Source: Octopus sinensis (Eukaryota). Taken from it: a stretch of 64,000 nt of DNA. Position numbers and translations under genes: made by a program. The stretch spans positions 48,856,001 through 48,920,000 of the forward strand of contig NC_043008.1 in assembly GCF_006345805.1 (NCBI RefSeq), in the 5' to 3' direction. Below, piece by piece: positions 25,701 to 40,027 of this stretch. The notes below the pieces were generated by a model. The model was given only the letters and a program-made list of their open reading frames with translations, was not told the origin of the DNA and searched no databases. Position 1 is the first letter of the stretch, and every line of letters begins with the position of its first letter.

Positions 25701-26668
25701 TCTGTGTGTATGTATGCATGTATGTGTTCTGCATATTTATGTGTTTATGTGCATGTGCGTGTGTATTTGTGCATACCTCTGTCTCCTTGTGTGTGCATGT
25801 TTGAGTGTGTCTATGTGTATGGGTCTGTGTGACTATGTACATGCGTCTGTTATGTATGGATGTGTGTCTTTGTGTGTATCCGCATGTATGGAGTGTGTGT
25901 GTATATGGTCATGTGTTTCCACCACCTTTATGTGTGTGTGTGTGTGTGTGCATGCTTGTCTGTCCGTATTACCTATGTACCTGTCCATCTACTTACCTAT
26001 GTATCTGTTTACTTGCATATCCATTTACCTACACACACACACACACACATTTACCTACCTAACAGCCTAATGTACCTACATACGTATATATTATGGGTAT
26101 CACTACTTTCTATGTGTATTCCTTATTTAGCACGGGGTTGCTTAATTTATGTGGACATACACCTGTATTTGTCCGAGTGGTGAGTCTTTCAGGTGCTTGG
26201 ATTACCTTCAAAGAAGAAATTTGTTCTATTCATAGAGGAAGAAATGTAGCAGATGTCAAAATTTACAGACCTATCTCACCTATCTTTCTAATTTTACATA
26301 TCAGCAAGGTCATAGAACAAATTATCTGTGAGAGACTGATTACATTCCTGGAAGGAAAAGGGTTCCTCGACAAGCCAAATGTCAAAATGCTATAATTGGC
26401 TTTTAAGAAAGCTGATTATGGGATTATATGTCATAGGTTATAAATCTTGGTGTGATTTTAGGGGACAAATCTCAAGTTGTTACAACTAAAGGTGTCCTTA
26501 CAAAAAAAGTAATTCTAAGGTTCAATAAATATTGGAGAGATGTGATGATGACAAAACTGTGCTGAAAGAATTGAACTCTTCTGCTGCGGAAATCAGCATG
26601 ATTTGCAGAAAATACCGATTCTAGTTTTTGGTAGACATTCAACATTATTACTGGAATAACCATCAAAC

Positions 26669-26716
<48 letters not shown>

Positions 26717-27924
26717 TGTGTGTATGTGTGTGTGTGGATGTTTGTGCATGTGTGTGTATTATATTGTGTCTAAGGAGAGTCATTCTCTTTCAGTGCCTTT
26801 TTACTTAACACACTCACTGGTTCAGTTTCCACTCATTTACTTATTTCTTTTTTTCTAAAATTTTCGTTACGTTCTGCAACCTCTTCAATAGTCGTTGACT
26901 CTGTCCGTTATCGGAGCTGCATTCTTTTTTGTTTGTTTGTGCACGTGTGTGCACGTCAGTGTACATGTGTATACACATCTGTATGTATGTATGTGTACGT
27001 GTGTGTGTGTGTGTATGTATGACTAAAATGTAGTCTACCGCATATGGTGCCTAAAGGGTGCTTGTAAAGAGAAGAACCTGACATAGATTGGTGAAACATC
27101 TAGAAGCATGGCAGTGAGACTAAATAAACATTTGAAACAAAAAAGCAGTCCTCCATACTCTGCCAACATGCCAAGGACCAAGATGGAGGCACACTGGGTT
27201 GACTTGACATCTGCAATTTATCCAAGCACCCAAAGGACTAAACACTCAGACAAATACAGTTCATATCCTTAACCATGGAAACAGTTCATATCCTTATAAT
27301 ATGTGCATCATATCTGGGCTCAGGGTATTTAATTCTACCCCTAAAATGTTTTGGTTCCCCTATGGGTGGGGCTGATGCAGTGGATACATCATGTGTCCTT
27401 ATTAATGAGGTAATATCAGGTTTAGTCCTTAGGTCTGTGGATCTTTGCAGAATTCTTACAGATTTATCTCAAAGAAGAAACTTGATGATACCTCATAATG
27501 TGGTTGGCCAACCTTCTAAAAATAGTGGCCAGATGCTGTTCATATCCTGCCTTAGTGTTTAAGATAGGAAGGACAAGGTGGATAATGTGATTCTGTTTCC
27601 TCTGTGTTCTAGAAAAAAAACAAAAAAAAACAAAATAGCCATAGTTGAAATGTCTTTGACCTTAGGTCAATGGAATCAGGAGTAGGATGGAATTAAGCAG
27701 TGGCAGCAGCAGCAGTAGCAGCAGCCATTCAAGAATTTGGACCTGGAGATCTCCATTTCCAGTGACTTCGAGGGCCACCTCCCAGTGGTGTCTGGTGTCA
27801 ACGAAGAACCCTTGACTACAACAAGACGACCAAAGTTTTTTTCTTTTCCAAGGTCTCCCTACCCTAAGCCCTAGACCATCACCTAATCACCCTTACTCAT
27901 CTTGTTGCTTAACAACAACAACAA

Positions 27925-27966
<42 letters not shown>

Positions 27967-28652
27967 TTACCTCCCGAACCTCACCTCACCCACTTTCATT
28001 TCTTTTCTATTCCAGATGCTTCTCAGGAAATTCAGGAAACACTTCTGCAAAGAATAATGATACTTGATGGTGCCATGGGGACAATGATCCAAAAACATTC
28101 TTTGGTCGAAGAGGATTTCCGTGGAACTCTGTTTCCTGATCCAATAAAACCCCTGCAGGGCAATAACGATGTCCTCACCCTGACTCAACCAGATCTGATC
28201 TATAACATACACAAGGTAACAACACATTACCTCCTCTCCACTTCTTTCTCTCGCTTAGTCTAACTTCCTCCCTCCTTCCCTCTTTGTCTGTCTGTTTGTC
28301 TTTCTCTCTTTCTGACATACAATGGTAAAAAAAAAATATATACCTCTATCTTTTTCTCTCCCCCTCTGTTTCTCTATTTCTTTGTCCCTCTCTGGCATAC
28401 GTAAGGTCAGAGAATATAGCTCTCTCCTCTGTCTGTCTGTCTCTCAGTGCTATACATAAGGTAACTAAATAAACTGCTTCCTTTTTGTCTCCTTCTCTCT
28501 ATCTTTCTCCCAGTTTTTCTGTTTGTCTTGCATATGGAATGATATCCCCCTCCCTTTCACTCATTCCCCTTATGACCTTACGATTCTCTCTTTCTTTTGA
28601 TCCGAAATGTAAATAAAATTCCTCATTCCATTATTGCATTTACATAACTTAT

Positions 28653-28683
<31 letters not shown>

Positions 28684-31062
28684 CACATACTAACACCCAT
28701 GTTTATAATTGTATTATTTTTTCTTATATTTTCACCTGAAATAAAAGTCTTACCTGGATGCCGGGGCAGATATTACCGAAACCAATACATTCAATGGAAC
28801 CAAAATTGCCCAGGCTGACTACGGCCTGGAAGATCTTGTAAGTATTATCTATGCTTCTTTGTTACCATTAACTCGATTCCATTGACTTGTCTTTATCTTT
28901 TACTGAAATGGTAATCATTAACTTTCTCTTGGAGAACTTTGGTGGTGTGGAGGGGGAGAACTGACTGCTTGGGCAATTTCTGGTCTTTTGTGGTATCACA
29001 AGATTTATGGATGATTGCCTCAGTTCAGCAGCTGAACTGTGAGGAGGAAGCAGAAGCTCTAAGACTTTATTTCTTGCAGGAAACAAGGAAGAGAGATACA
29101 AAGTAATTCAGACAATCTGGGGGTTCTGTCCCCATCTTTTAACCCTGGAAATGGTTCATATCCTTACAATATGGACTCAGGGTATTTAATTCTACCCCTA
29201 AAATGTTGTTGGTTCCCCTATGGGTGGGGGCTGATGCACTGGATACATCACGTGTCCTTATTAATGGGGTAATATCAGGTTTAGTCTGGAGGTCTGTGGG
29301 TCTTTGCAGAATTTTTACAGATTTGTCTCAAAGAAGAAACTTGAAACCTTTAAAGATGCATGATTTATGTTAAAACTTGTTTTGGATAAAGTAAGCTAAT
29401 TAAGCTATTGGGTTCGTTACCTCGAAAATAGATTTTGTGTTGTCTCTTTATTATATATTTTCATTTGACTTTGGTTTTATTTTTTATTCTCATATATTTG
29501 TTGTGATTTATTTAATATTGTTGCAAAGGTGTAAATAATGCCAAAGAATACATTAAAGCCTATTCAACTATGTAACCCCATGCCAATATGGAAGCTGGAT
29601 GTAAATGGATGATGATGATGATGATGAGGATGAAGATGTCGTCCCCGCTACCAGAGGTCATTACATCTCAGCAGTTATTATGTTCCAAAGGTTATTGCAA
29701 ACCATGGCTTATTACATTTTGTGGGTTATTACTAATTCTGGGAAATGAAAGATGTTTAATTTTTGATATTTTGTAGGTTTATAAAATGAATTATGAATCG
29801 GCAAAACTAGCAAGGGCCGCAGCAGATAACGTGTTTCGAGAAACAGGTATGTTCTTAGATTTGGGCTGTTTCTGTTTCTTAATTATGGTAATAATTACCG
29901 TATGTTTAATGAGATTTTAGGATGGTGGAGTCACCCACCGTCACCACCATCATCATTACAACTTCCACCTTCATCACACCACCACCACCACCACCACCAC
30001 TACCAACACTGCTGCTTTCAACACCACCTTCATGAAACTGCTGCACCACCCCCACTGCCAGCCCCACCACTGATCTATTGACCATACATGTTGAACAGTG
30101 GAGGCGCAATGACCCAGTGGTTAGGGCAGCAGACTTGTGGTCGTAGGATCGCGGTTTCGATTCCCAGACCGGGCATTGTGAGTGTTTATTGAGCGAAAAC
30201 ACCTAAAGCTCCACGAGGCTCCGGCAGGGGGTGGTGGTGATCCCTGCTGTACTCTTTCACCACAACTTTCTCTCACTCTTTCTTCCTGTTTCTGTTGTAC
30301 CTGTATTTCAAAGGGCCAGCCTTGTCACCCTCTGTGTCACGCTGAATCTCCTTGAGAACTACATTAACGGTACATGTGTCTGTGGAGTGCTCAACCACTT
30401 GCACATTAATGAGCTCTGACGTCACTGGTGCCAAGCTGTATCGGCCCCTTTGCCTTTCCCTTGGATAACATTAGTGGTGTGGAGAGGGGAGGCTGGTATG
30501 CATGGGCTACCGCTAGTCTTCCATAAACAACCTTGCCCAGACTTGTGCTTTGGAGGGTAACTTTCTAGGTGCAATCCCATGGTCATTCATGACAGAAGGG
30601 TGTCACAACAACAACAACACAATATGTTGAACATGTCCAGTGAAGCCAACCTAGTCTTATTCTCCTCACATCTTCCAAGGTAGACTTAGCCGTAAAATCT
30701 TGATCATGACACCATTTGCAATCACAAATCTCACAGTTGCCATAACTGAAAACAAACAAAAATAACGGTTTTTTTTCGTTAATTTTTAATGAATGTTAAT
30801 AATTCTTTATTTTCTATTTTGTGTTTTTGTCTCCACAGAAATGATTCATCTTTTGAATTATGGTTCATTTATTATTTATGCCATTCTTGTGTGTGTTTGT
30901 TTTGTTGCAGGAATACGGCGTTATGTTGCAGGAGCGATTGGTCCTACCAATAAAACTCTCTCCCTCTCACCATCAGTGGAACAACCAGAACTGAGAACCG
31001 TCAGTAAGTAATGGCACCACAATGGTCACAACCACCAGGCAAAATATATCTGTGTGTGTGAT

Positions 31063-31096
<34 letters not shown>

Positions 31097-31211
31097 TGTG
31101 TATGTGAAATGCATTCTCTCTATTTATTGTAATTCTATACATTGTTTTTACGTTAAAAATCTCAAATAAAAAAATACTGTACATACATACATACACACAT
31201 ACATACATACA

Positions 31212-31275
<64 letters not shown>

Positions 31276-32786
31276 GCCATTTAAAACACACAAAAACCGT
31301 TAGATTCACTTCAATATTTAAATTTAATTTGCCAAAATATTTTCGGCGCTTTGAGACCGCGACCTGTTCAGTGACGCAGCAGCATCACAGAACTTTGTCA
31401 GTGAACAGGTTGTGGTCTGAAAGCGACAAAAATATTTTGGCAAATTAAATTTAAATATTGAAGTGAATCTAACGGTTTTTGTGTGTTTCTTAAATGGCTT
31501 ATAAACACCTTCCATGCTGCAATTGTCTTCGTTCCAGCACACAATCTCAGATCAGGTCACTTGCTATGCAAGTACATTTCTGTAATTATTATTATTGTTA
31601 ACCATTATTTGTGCCCACACAATCTGTCCCTAGTCTTTTTTCTCAGACTTTAATTTCCTTCATCAAAATAAAAGAGTCACCATCTTCATTTAATGTTGTT
31701 TTCTTCTAAACTTCTCAAAACATTTCTGTTCTGTTTTAATGAAAATTGTGTCGGAATTATGTTTGAGATGTAAATAGAAAGAGTTTATTAAAAGAGAAGA
31801 AGAAACTGTTGAAAGGTTTGATGAGATCTGGTGATTAATTTAATTACGTTTTGTTCTCTTCTTCAGCTTTTGATCAACTTGTGGCAGCTTATAAAGAACA
31901 AGCTCAGGGTCTGTTGGATGGAGGGGTCGATGTGTTTCTGGTGGAAACCATATTTGATACAGCAAATGCCAAGGTGAGAGAGAGAGAGAGAGGGGGGGCA
32001 GAGAGGGGTAGAGAAGGAGAGAGGACAGAGAGAGAGAGAGAGAAAAAAGAGAAAGACAGATAGAGAGAGAGAGAGAGAGACAAAGAGAGTAAGTGAGAGG
32101 AGATAAAGAGCTAGAGATACAATGACAACAATAATGGTACTGGTAATAATAAATAATGATTTCTAATAAGAATTTTGTTTTGTCTTTTAGGCAGCCTTTT
32201 TTGCCCTTGATGAATTGTTTGAAGAAACAAACAGAAAATGTCCAATTTTTGTAAGTTTTAATCAATTCCCTTATTTCATTATTTTGTGTACAAAACACAG
32301 AGGTCAGTCCATTAGAAACCGATTCATTTCTAACGAATTGAACCCTGACCACCAATCATGGTCAACCTGTGTCTGGAGCTGAAGAACATGCTCAAGGTGT
32401 CAGGCAATTGGATTAAACTCAAAACCATGTTTTCCCAAAACAGACTTCTTTGATCCAAGAGTGATGTCTACATCTGTCCCATACATACCTGGGTAAGTCA
32501 TTAGTCTGTTAGACTAATGACTGAGGACTGAAGGGTCCACGGTTCATCTGCATTGCCTCTATGCTTTATTTTTTTCTTCATCTTTTTACTCATTTGACTG
32601 CGGCCATGCTGGAGCACCATGTTGAAAAATTTTAGTCAAACGAATCAACCCCAGAATTTTTTCTGTTTTCTAAGACTGGTACATATTCTATCAGTTTCTT
32701 TTGCCGAACTGCTAAGTTACGGGGATGTAAACACACCAACGCCAGTTGTCAAGTATTAGTGGGGGACAGACACAAAGACACTCACA

Positions 32787-32848
<62 letters not shown>

Positions 32849-35266
32849 CACAGGCATTCATCTTCGTTTCATTTGATCCAAGCCCTGTGAGTGAAATATT
32901 GGGTAGATGGAAACTGTATGGAAGCCCTCTGAGAGGGCTGCCCCTGTGATTTGAAACCAGGATTTTTCTACATGCACAGTGTTGGAGCTCTTTAAGGACC
33001 CCAGAGTCATGTGACACAATAAGTAGATAGCCCTGATTCTGTGTGTGTGTGTGTGTGTATGTGTGTGTGTGTGTGTGAGTGTGTGTGATTTCAAATAAAC
33101 CTCCACATAGACACCTTGGGCAAGTGTCTTCTACTATAGCCTCGAGCCGACCAAAGTTGTTTGAGTGAATTTGGTAGATGGAAACGGAAAGAAGCCCATT
33201 GTATATATACATGTATGTGCATGTGTATGGTTTGTGTATCTGTATTTGTCCCCCCGCCATCACTTGACAACCGATGCTGGTGTGTTTACGTCCCTGTAAC
33301 TTAGTGGTTCAGCAAAAGAGACCGATAGAATAAGTACTGGGCTTACAAAGAATTAGTCCTGGGATTGATTTCTTCGACTAAAGGTGGTACTCCAGCATGG
33401 CCACAGTCAAGATGATTGAAACAAGTAAAAGAATAATGTTTGATTGAATGAACAATCAATTCACTGAATCAAGAAACAAAGTGGTTGAGTATTCCATAGC
33501 CACTTATAGCGTTAACCCTTTAGGATTTAAACTGTTTTATGTTTAAACCTGCCAGATCCCTCCTCTCACACCTACCCTACAATGTCATTCTAAAAATAAA
33601 CAGTTGCATCATCAAAATCTCAAAGCTACGAGATAATCCAGGATTAACTCAAAAATCTGAATGCTAAAAGGTTTATGTAATTCTCTGATGGAATCAGTCT
33701 GAGACAGTGTGACCAAACTGGATTTTTGGATCACAGGTAAAATCTAATCAACAGGTTTCTATAACAGTATCCATTTACCCCAGTTTTATTTGCATTGTCT
33801 TAATCAACCTGAAACTGTGATAAAAACACTGGCCCAGTCCTGCTTCTTTTTGGAATTGAACCTGCTACTTCAGGGTTGGCAAGATAACTTGTTCACCATT
33901 GAGCCACAGTGAATGTGGATCTTGAATGTATATTTATTTGTGTGTTTGTGTTTTGGGCCAAGAAATTTTGCCCCAATTTTCTAAAAACAGCACCAAAGAA
34001 TGACTAATTTTGGAAGTTTATCTCAGAATTGTAAACTTGTGATTCCGTCTTCAGGTCAGTGGTACCATTGTGGATCTGAGTGGTCGGACGTTATCAGGAC
34101 AAACAACAGAGGCTTTCATGATTAGTGTATCTCACACCAATCCAATGTGGTAAGACTATTTCCTTCTCTTCTTCTTCTTCTTCTTCTTCTTCTTCTTCAT
34201 TCTTATCTTCCTTCTCTTCTCACACAATTACTTCCCAACAACATTCCAAAATTCTTCTTTCTCTCTCTCACTTCCTTTCCCTCTTTCGCTCTCTCTTTCT
34301 CTCTAACCATTCTCATTCTCTTTTTCTACCTCTCTTTTTCTCTCTCTCGACCCCGTTGTCTCTCTCTTTCACTCTACTCCATTTTCTTTCTATATATCTC
34401 TCTTTCTATCTGTCTGTCTCTATCTATCCCCCTCTCTCCTGCTCCCCGCCCCTCCTCGCCCTCTCCTCCCCCCTTTCTCCTTTCTCCTCTGTCTTTAATG
34501 ATAATGATGTTTATTGTGTTTGTTTTTGTTTTGTTTCTTGAATCCCAGTTTAGGGCTGAACTGTTCCTTAGGGGCCAAGCTCATGAGACCCTTCATTGAA
34601 ATCATTTCCAAAAATTCTGAGGCTTTTGTCATCTGTTACCCTAACGCAGGTAAGTCTGTTCATGTGTGGTTAATATTGATCTCATATTGATCTCCCACAC
34701 AAATATACACCCTTGTCACCATTTAGATTATACACACACACACACACACACACAAATATTAAAAATGTAGAAGGCTGGTTTTCTGTATTTTATTTATGAT
34801 ATGTATATACATATATAAATATGATTGTGTATATAATATTTGTTTAATTCATCTGTGTGAAGGTTTACCAAATGCATTTGGTGAATATGATGAGACTGAA
34901 GAAATGATGGCAGCTAACTTAAAGGTTTGTAATCTTTTACTCATTTGGGAGTCAACCAATCGATTAATTTATCATTATAGATTCCAAATTTGGTAAGAAA
35001 AATGTTGACCAAAGCCTAAAAGTTTTTTCAGTAACTTCCTGTTTTTACAGTCAATCTTTTATTTGTTAAAACAATTCTTCAGTGCTTTTAATATCTTCAT
35101 ATTATGCACGTATGCATGGGGAGAGTTGAGTTATCTTTCCCTTCCAATCATCTTTATAACATTCTCTCGTCATTCTCTTTATCTTCCTCTCACTCTACTT
35201 CTCTCCAAATCCTGCCACTGTTTCTCTACATTGCTGTACACATACACACACACAGATGCACACATG

Positions 35267-35323
<57 letters not shown>

Positions 35324-35431
35324 ATATAGGTGTGTGTGTGTGTGTGGTGTGTGTGTGTGTGTATATATATAAAATCCATGCCATCATGGAAGGCAGATGT
35401 TAAACAATTATGATGATGATGATGATGATGA

Positions 35432-35467
<36 letters not shown>

Positions 35468-36674
35468 TAGAAAAAAAATACCTTTTATCAATTCAACAAT
35501 GAAATAATTAAATTATACCATATAGAAAAAAATAAATATAAGATAAAAACATTTACCAATGATTAAGTAATGTACAAAATAATAAATAAAAAGTAGATAA
35601 TTGGTAAAATGACTACATGTGTTTTGTGGCTATATTTAAAAACTGATAACAGTAAAATCAATTCAATTTAAATATAGCTACTCTTCAGGTCTAAGATACA
35701 AGCAAAATAATTAAATAAATAAATATACGTATATAATCTTGTAAAAAATATATATAAACACCCAATATGTATGAATGATGTATGTTTTGTCTTTCAGTCT
35801 TTTGCTGCAGATGGACTTGTAAATATCATTGGAGGATGTTGTGGCTCGACTCCTGCACATATAAGGTTTGGGCTCTCTTTTCATGTCACCTCATTATTTT
35901 AACTTTATAATCTTTATCATAAGAGATACAGTGAAGCAGAATGAAGTGGTTCTCTGGTGTTTATTGGTGTTCATAATTCTTCAGTTTATACACAGTGGTT
36001 CACTGTGGTTCATTGTTGTTCACTGGAGTTCACTGGAGTTCATTGTTGTTCATTGTAGTTTATTGTAGTCTACTGTGGCAGCATGGTTAGCATGCCAGAC
36101 AAACTGCTTACAGATATTTCTATCAACTCTTTAAATTCTGAGTTCAAATTCTGCCAGGGTTGGCTTTGTTTTTCTTCCTTTTGGGGTTGATAAAACAAAT
36201 ACCAGTTGAATACTGGGGTTGATGTAATTGCTAACCTCTTCTCATCCTTTCATATCATTCTCAATATCTTGGGCCTTTGTGACCAATAAAAAAAATCATT
36301 ATTATGACTATTGCTTTTAATTCCTTTTCTTCCTCTCTGAAGATTGTGCAGTTGGTTTATATGGAAATTGTAGCTCAATGACCAATGCACCATAAGCACA
36401 GCTACTCTAGAAACAGCTGTAGAGACTTTACCAATTATTTCTTTATACTTTAACAGCTCTTGCAATTATGTTTGGATTATAAATCAGATGCTCTAAAGCA
36501 GTGCTGCTTGACCAGGGTCCACATGTTCCCTGGGGGTCCACAGAAGATTTTGCTGCTAAAATTCGCCCACAATAAAATTGTTTATACTTCTACAATGCAC
36601 AAAATTTGCTGAACCTTAGTGGAATTTAATAACATTTTTATGGTTTCTGTCTTTTTGGGTCACCCTGTATATAT

Positions 36675-36740
<66 letters not shown>

Positions 36741-36753
36741 ATATTATATATAT

Positions 36754-36799
<46 letters not shown>

Positions 36800-36862
36800 A
36801 TGTATATATGTATGTATAGATATATATGTATATATATATGTATATATATATGTATATATATG

Positions 36863-36942
<80 letters not shown>

Positions 36943-37615
36943 ATATACATACATAATACATACATACATACATATATCTAATATTCATGTGTGTATGTCT
37001 ACATGTATGTAATATCTGGTGTTAATGTAATCCAAGTGTGACACAGTTTGCAATTATCTGATTATCCAGGGCCATTGCTGAGGCAATGAAAGGCTTAGCA
37101 CCAAGGCAGCGTTCCGTTCCTTTGAGTCCTTCCTATACTCAGCTATCAGGTATGTTGACTGGTGTTTCTATTTACATTTCCAATGAGGGGTTTATAGATG
37201 TGTGTGTGCATGTGCATGTATCAGTTGTGTGGGTATGTGTGTGTGTGAGTGTGTATACACACATTTCTTATTTTTTACTAGTTTCAGTCTTTGGACCCTG
37301 GCCATGCTGGGGCAGCACTGCCTTGAAGGGTTTTACTCAAACAAATCAGCCGCAGGACATATTTTATTTTTTGTAAGCCTGGTATTTATTTTATTGGTCT
37401 CTTCTGTTGAACTACTAAGTTACAGGGACACAAACAAACCAATACTAGTTGACAGGTGGTATTAGGGCCTAAATACAAACACACACACACATACATATAT
37501 ATATATACATATACACACATGTGCCTCCAATTCTACCATTCACTGCTGTCTTGCTTTAATTGGCAATTCACCACAAAGCTTATAATTATGATGATGATGG
37601 TGATGATTATGATGA

Positions 37616-37649
<34 letters not shown>

Positions 37650-39996
37650 GATGTCACCATCAATGACTAGTGGTGGAGAGGACCAGTGAAGACCTACATA
37701 AAAATATGTAAAAAAAAACATAATTTCTTTTAACTTTACCAAAGAGAAACATAATAGGTGCAGGAGTGGCTGTGTGGTAAGTAGCTTGCTTACCAACCAC
37801 ATGGTTCTGGGTTCAGCCCTACTACGTGGCACCTTGGGCAAGTGTCTCCTATAGCCTTGGGCTGAGCAAAGTTTTGTGAGTGGATCTGGTAGATGGAAAC
37901 TGAAAGAAGCCTGTCGTATATATATGTATTTGTGTGTATATGTTTGTGTGTCGGTGTTTGTCCCCCCAACATTGCTTGACAACCAATGCTGGTGTGTTTA
38001 TGTCCCCGTCACTTAGCGGTTTGGCAAGAGAGACCGATAGAATAAGTACTAGGCTTACAAAGAATAAGTCCTGGGGGCGATTTGCTCGACTAAAGGCAGT
38101 GCTCCAGTATGGCCACAGTTAAATGACTGAAACAAACAAAAGAATATCAGGAATAAAAGATATGTTGATGTATAAATCTGTTTTAGAATGATTTCAAATG
38201 TAAATATTGAAAATTTGCATACCAAGACAACCAGCGCACAGACTTTGGGTTGAGATGAGGAATGAAATAGTTTTGAAGAGAGAGAGAGAGAGAGAGAGAG
38301 AGTTTCTGCCAAATATTATAATAGCATAGGAAACAAGATACCAAAACCCTGCTGCTAACCTTTTAACTGTTGTTGTTGTTGTTGTTGCTGCCTTCTCTTT
38401 TATTTTGCTTTGTTTCACTGTTTATTTTTGTATTTTTTTTTTTGTATTTCTAGGTTTGGAACCGATGGTTATTGGACCCTACACCAATTTCGTTAACATT
38501 GGGGAAAGATGTAATGTGGCTGGGTCAAAGAGATTTTCAAATCTTATAAAGAAACAAGATTATGAGGTGAGGCCTGGATATATTTATGGTATAGGGCCAG
38601 CAATTTCAACGGATGGGGAAAGATGATTTTATATTGACCCCAGCATTTAACTGGTACTTATTTTATCAATGCTGAAAGGATGGAAAGTAAAGCCGACCTC
38701 AGCGGAATTTCAACTCAGAATGTGAAGACAGACAAAATGCCGGCAGACATTTGACCCAGGCTGCTCATGGTTCTGCCAGATTGATGACTTATGCCACATT
38801 AGTGTTGTGTCACATTAGTGTTCAAGTATTATGTCACATTAGTGTTGTGTCACATTAGTGTTGTGTTGCATTAGTGTTAAAGTATTATGTCACATTAGTG
38901 TTAAAGTATTATGTCACGTTAGTGTTGTGTCACATTAGTGTTATGTTGCATTAGAGTTAAAGTATCATGTCACATTAGTGTTGTGTCACATTAGTGTTAA
39001 AGTATTATGTCACGTTAGTAATCTGTTATGGAATAATACTTTATTTGTGTCTAAATTGATTCTTGCTCAAATTTTCTTCATGTTGCTGTTGTTGTTGATT
39101 TCTGACTTGTTTCATATTCATTGTGTTGTTGTTGTTGTTGTTGCAGAATGCCCTTGCAATTGCCAAAGACCAAGTGGCCAATGGGGCACAAATCCTCGAT
39201 GTCAACATGGACGAAGGAATGCTGAACAGCGAGGAAGAAATGGCGACCTTTGTGAATTTCATTGCATCGGATCCTGATATTGCAAAGGTTCAGTGCACAG
39301 TCTTATAGTTGTTGTTGTTGTTGTTGTAACGTTATTCTATGTCCATCACAACCATTCTGTTAATACCACCACCACCACCACCACCACCACCACCACCATA
39401 ATAACATCTTCTCACTGTTATTGTTATCATTACCTTTGTCTCTCCCCCTTCATCTTTCAACACCTGTCTTTTAGGCTCCTTTCAGTTCCATCATTTATGT
39501 TCTGTTTTTATTGTTATTCCTGCAATTCTTACCTTCTTTCACTACTTTGACTTACTTATATCATTTCTGTTATTACCACCCACATTGCAATTATTACTTA
39601 CTTCTGTTATTACATTCTTGTGGTTATAGTAAAAAGGATTATTAGTTATTCCCATCATTACTGTTATTCCTCTTATCTTTGTCATTATTACCATTATTGT
39701 TATTCCCTTTTTATCTTCCCTAGGTTCCCCTCTGTATTGATTCGTCCAATTTCTCTGTGATCGAGGCTGGCCTCAAGTGTTGCCAGGGCAAGTGCATCGT
39801 CAACAGCATCAGCCTGAAGGAGGGGGAGCAGGATTTCATAGAGAAAGCGAAATGCATCAAACGGTATGGCGCCTGCGTCATTGTCATGTGCTTTGATGAG
39901 GAAGGTCAGGTGAGGTGCATTTGGCCTACCAACACCATACCATCATCACCATCATCATCATCATCATTGCTATCATCATCGTCATCATCATCATCG

Positions 39997-40027
<31 letters not shown>

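Noticed and set aside
25468-26183. Cluster of 65-200 aa ORFs rich in C/V/M/Y or H/T
   Set aside because: Derived from degenerate (TG)n/(TATG)n microsatellite; the same applies to the ORFs at 1342-1809, 36744-37012, 48761-49362 and 58085-58473
25470-27010. Similar blocks at 25470-25700 and 26760-27010
   Set aside because: Both belong to a dispersed repeat also at ~15560-15700 and ~600-680; an ordinary repeat or small local duplication
30100-30172. tRNA gene
   Set aside because: The tRNA-like head continues into a ~430-bp repeat body and lacks a proper acceptor stem and terminator, so it is a SINE
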